Shown: piece by piece, positions 60,391-64,000 of the stretch
Layout: every line of letters begins with the position of its first letter
Position numbering within the stretch: the first letter of the stretch is position 1
Assembly: GCF_018977255.1 (NCBI RefSeq)
Contig: NW_024704742.1
Coordinates: 55,244,001 to 55,308,000 of the forward strand
Reading direction: 5' to 3'
Source of the DNA: Callorhinchus milii
Lineage: Eukaryota
Length of the DNA: 64,000 bases
The notes under the pieces: generated by a model
What the model saw: the letters and a program-made list of their open reading frames with translations, nothing else
Database searches by the model: none
What the model was told of the DNA's origin: nothing
Position numbers and translations under genes: made by a program

Positions 60391-61040
60391 TCAGGAAAGG
60401 ACAAATCAGAGTATAGAAGTCAAATTGAAATTGAAATTTGCAGAACAGCAGCTAATTTCCTGGTTAGAATTCTTATGGAGTTTCATGTGACATATTTGGT
60501 GGTCACAATGTCCCCTCCCAAGTGATTACAATCTTAGAGACCCACTGCCAGTGCATCAATCTCTGGTATCTGTAATTTCAACATATAAAAGGTGGAGTAG
60601 TATTAATGGACATCCACACATCTATATGCAGCACTGCTGCTCCCTGGGATCAGGTAGTTTCCTAGTTAGAATTCTTATGCACAACCACCAAATGCACCTG
60701 TACAACTGCCACTTCACATCTCTAGTCAGTTATACAAAAAGCCATACACAAAGTATATAGGTTGTGGCAGTAACGAAACAAAATTTGTTGTGTGGGTTTT
60801 AGCCACAAAATAGTCAATTCACAACTTTAAGGTGTATTCTGTGAAGCACTTTGAGATGTCTCAAAGACATGTTAAGTCATTATATCAAATGTAAGGATTA
60901 TTATAAGTGTCAAATAGTTTTGCAACTGAAACATTCATTCAAAAATGGGATTTGCAAAATCTACTGGAAATTCCAATCTCATAACTGGGCCAACTCCTGC
61001 GCCACATCTAGTAAAAAGTACTTGTAAAAATAGTTTGAAG

Positions 61041-61046
61041 TTTATT
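61041..61046 (-). terminator. Candidate poly(A) signal of the GTF2E1-like gene
   Basis: TTTATT on + (AATAAA on -), about 620 nt past the stop codon and outside a SINE. Confidence 0.3.
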
Positions 61047-61357
61047 TAAAATCTAGTAAACATTTTTTACTTTTGGAGTCTGCATAGTTCCAATGAGCTA
61101 ACCATGGAGGGCACTGAAGAGGTTTCCTGGAAGTGCAAATGTTGCAGGAAGGGGTGTGCAGTGTTCTTGAGGTATTTGTAGACCATATAAGATGCATTCA
61201 TGCACTCAAATAGATTACTAGTGGTAAATTAAAAAGCACGACAGCCTCATGATAAACCTGAAACTTGGTGGAATCTTAATTACTGTGAGCTAACTACATA
61301 CTCTTGGGCTTCGCCCATAACTGCTAAACACTGATGCATCCATCCATTTACACTGGC

Positions 61358-61552
61358 AACAATAATACTTCATTTGATATAGTGCCTTATCACGTCTTCA
61401 AGAGGTCTCAAAAGCGCTTCACAGAATTGCTGTGAAGTGAATTGACTTGTGGGCAAAACACGGTAGCCAATTGCGCACAGCAGTCTCCCACAAACAGTCG
61501 TGAATTGAGTGACCAAATTATTATTTTTTATTTATTTTGAAGGGATTATTAC
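61358..61552 (-). mobile_element. 5'-truncated SINE in the probable GTF2E1-like 3' UTR
   Basis: Family tail and Deu-like core on the - strand, ending 115 nt from the stop codon. Confidence 0.82.
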
Positions 61553-61666
61553 CCCAGGAAAAAAAAGGTGGATAGCTTCTGTAACTTAATTTCCATATTG
61601 ATACATGTATTTCAATATAGTTACATTAACAGAAGCAGTGAAAGCAAATACTACAGCTTTTTTTAC

Positions 61667-62055
61667 TCATATTGCTTGAAACATTTCTTGGCCAATATGA
61701 ATGTAACTCTCTCGCTCTTCATCATTCATCAAGGATACTAAATCAGGGTTTTGGCTGACTTCACTGTAGAGGTGGGATTTTCCAGCAATAAAGACTGTTG
61801 GGTCATTTTCTTCAAACTGATATTCTTCTTCTTCAAGATCCAAATTTGAGCCTAGTTTTGCATTCTTGGTTTCTTCCTCCGATGCACTCGTATCACTGTC
61901 TGCCTCACTTCGATTGGCATTTGATGTGGAAACAGCTTCAAAAGACACTTTTTTCTCATGAACCAGAAGTGTTTTGATGACTTCATTATTAAAGGAATCA
62001 CTCTTGGAATTTGCATTTCTATCAAGGGTTTCAGGCATTTCAATAACAATTTGTT
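61667..62055 (-). CDS. GTF2E1: GTF2E1-like last coding exon (acidic C-terminal domain)
   Basis: tag|QIVIEMPET...[14 protein letters not shown]...[28 protein letters not shown]...FQAI TGA. Confidence 0.9.
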
Positions 62056-64000
62056 CTAGAGTATGAAATCAAGAAACAAAATAGAATCAAAACACATTTC
62101 ATTTCTTAACTTGCCAGTTGCTTTGAATGTTGACATTATGTAGGAGGATCAAAGTTTTCAGCCTTGTGTAAAAAATAGTTAAGATGTCTCAACATTTATT
62201 GTTATAGTCATTCAGAAACATAATTTCCAATGTCAATATCTGAAGTGCCTTACATTACAAGTAGCACCTTACTACGACTATTACAACAAAGGAGACAAGG
62301 GACTATTATATATAAATATGCACAGTAACACATTGGTATAGCAATTTTTGTAGGCCATTTGCACACAAACTCCTTTAAAAAACAATAACCAATTTAATTT
62401 TGTTGGCCAGGAAATTGTGAGAAAGCCCTTTTTTAAAAAAATAAATGTGTCAATTGAACAACTCATCCAAAAGACATAGCTCAAATAATGCAGTGTCCTC
62501 CATTTATTGTAACAAAGTAAGATTTAGCCTGAATATGGATCATTGCTCAAAAAATACATTTCAAATGAAATCACAATAATCTTTAAATTTGATATAGATT
62601 TCTCAGACGACATGTCAGATATTGTACTCACCAGGCCAACTGCTCATTGCGCCCAAATTGTGTTCTTCAACAATATTTTCAGTCATCCATTTGAGCTGTT
62701 CTTTAATAGGGTTTTTAATTTTTTTAGTTTCAGGGTCTTGGACATTGATGTCAACATTTTCCACATACATATCACCATAAATGGAGGCTTTGCTTGACCA
62801 TTTTTCCACAGAGCCATTGAAATTTACAAAAGAGTATGACTTCTGATTCTGGCTGAAGGAAATGTGACCAACAATTTTTCATACATTAGTATTTTTCAGT
62901 TATTCCTTACATAGATGTTTAAGGACAATTAGTCATATTTAATGAATAGAATAAAAACATTGTTTTTTCAGGGTCAACTAGTCTATGCCATATACCTTCA
63001 TTAACAAATAGTAAGCCGAGTTATGCCATACTGGTCATGTTAAGTGATCTTCGTAGATTCTGTATATTAGCATCACTGAATTCATGTGGGCAGGGATATT
63101 ACTGTGATATCAATCTGAAAGCACATGTTATCAGTTATCTTCCATGCTCCTGTGCTGAACTAAATTACTCATCTACTATTGGAATACAGAGAGAATGCAT
63201 TGTAGGAAAACATAGTAAAAAGACCAGGAAATATTTAGCTTAGGGTGTAGCTTTGGAATGCTCCAATATAAAATACCTTAACTCTGGAATCTCCATTGGC
63301 TGTGGTTCCAGAAGCACATATGGAATTGTAATATTTTCCGTTTCATGCAGGAGTGCATAGATGGGTTCAATCTGTTCATTGAAAATTGCCAGAAGGGTTT
63401 GAGCATCTCGTTCAGTTAACACTGAGGATTCTTCCACTTCAGTCTGGCAGTAAGTGCAATTTAAGTTGCCTGTAGACATTACAGAGACAGAAATGGACAA
63501 GGAGAAAATTTGTAGAACAAATCGTTAATTGCTACTTTACATAATGAGTACAGTTCAACAATTAAAACACATTTGTATAGCACCTTTCATGTCAGGATAA
63601 TGTCCCAAGATACTGGGTCAATAGATAAATGCATTTTTAATGGTCCAGTCCCAAAGTTCAACATACCTGTGTAAGGATCAAACAAATGATTAACTTCCAA
63701 ATCGGAGAAGATGCTGCTACATGATGGACAATTGAAAGACAATCTAGTGGATGAATTCCTCTCATCAGCTTCAATCTTTCTGCGTATATGGTCTAGTTTG
63801 TACTTCACAACATCCACCAGCAGTTTGTAGTTGATATAGTAGTAATTGTGCCTGAAGCTTTTCCCATCAGCGCTCCTCTCAACTTGTGTGCGACTTTTGA
63901 TGAGCTTGTCGGATTTCAGCGTGTTCAGGATGGTTCGAAGCTGCTTCTTCTCAAACTTCAGGAGCAGCTGCAGATCCTCCTCCTTCACACAGGGGTAGCG
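61667..64000 (-). CDS. GTF2E1: General transcription factor IIE subunit alpha-like (GTF2E1-like); last four coding exons, 5' part outside the window
   Basis: Spliced translation [32 protein letters not shown]...[30 protein letters not shown]...CPSC...CTYC (zinc ribbon)...[12 protein letters not shown]...[14 protein letters not shown]...[12 protein letters not shown], colinear with TFIIE-alpha. Introns are GT-AG with consistent phases. Confidence 0.93.
62632..62852 (-). CDS. GTF2E1: GTF2E1-like penultimate exon
   Basis: cag|QNQKSY...[24 protein letters not shown]...[13 protein letters not shown]...WP|gtgagt. Confidence 0.88.
63277..63469 (-). CDS. GTF2E1: GTF2E1-like exon (second zinc knuckle)
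   Basis: cag|[13 protein letters not shown]...[24 protein letters not shown]...[11 protein letters not shown]|gtattt. Confidence 0.92.
63667..64000 (-). CDS. GTF2E1: GTF2E1-like exon (winged helix and first zinc knuckle), cut by the window edge
   Basis: ...[24 protein letters not shown]|gtatgt. Confidence 0.93.

Overview
This is vertebrate genomic DNA, probably from a cartilaginous fish, inferred from the repeat content: tRNA-derived Deu-type SINEs, L2 and CR1 fragments, and a Penelope-like terminus. Most of the window is a complete PCM1 gene (pericentriolar material 1) on the + strand. It has a CpG-island promoter and non-coding exon 1 (about 1.3-1.7 kb), 40 coding exons with GT-AG splice sites from ATG 3354 to TAA 57225 (about 2150 aa), and a 3' UTR running to about 59.3 kb. 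Splice phases agree at every junction except after exon 24, where the sequence as given has a frameshift and an in-frame TGA (33175-33177). The last four coding exons of a TFIIE-alpha (GTF2E1-like) gene lie on the - strand (61667 to beyond 64000), converging on PCM1. The most notable observations are: (1) a roughly 170-bp intronic inverted repeat, not matching the window's SINE/LINE families, that brackets exons 17-19, the architecture typical of circular RNA formation; (2) a fully paired 31-bp hairpin in intron 2 whose six non-Watson-Crick pairs are all G-U on the sense strand; (3) the exon 24 frameshift; (4) the divergent TFIIE-alpha paralog with an altered TFIIH-p62 binding motif. Most ORFs in the supplied track are spurious or are exon fragments. 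Exon numbers are mine (non-coding exon = 1). Comparisons with human proteins are from memory, not from a search.
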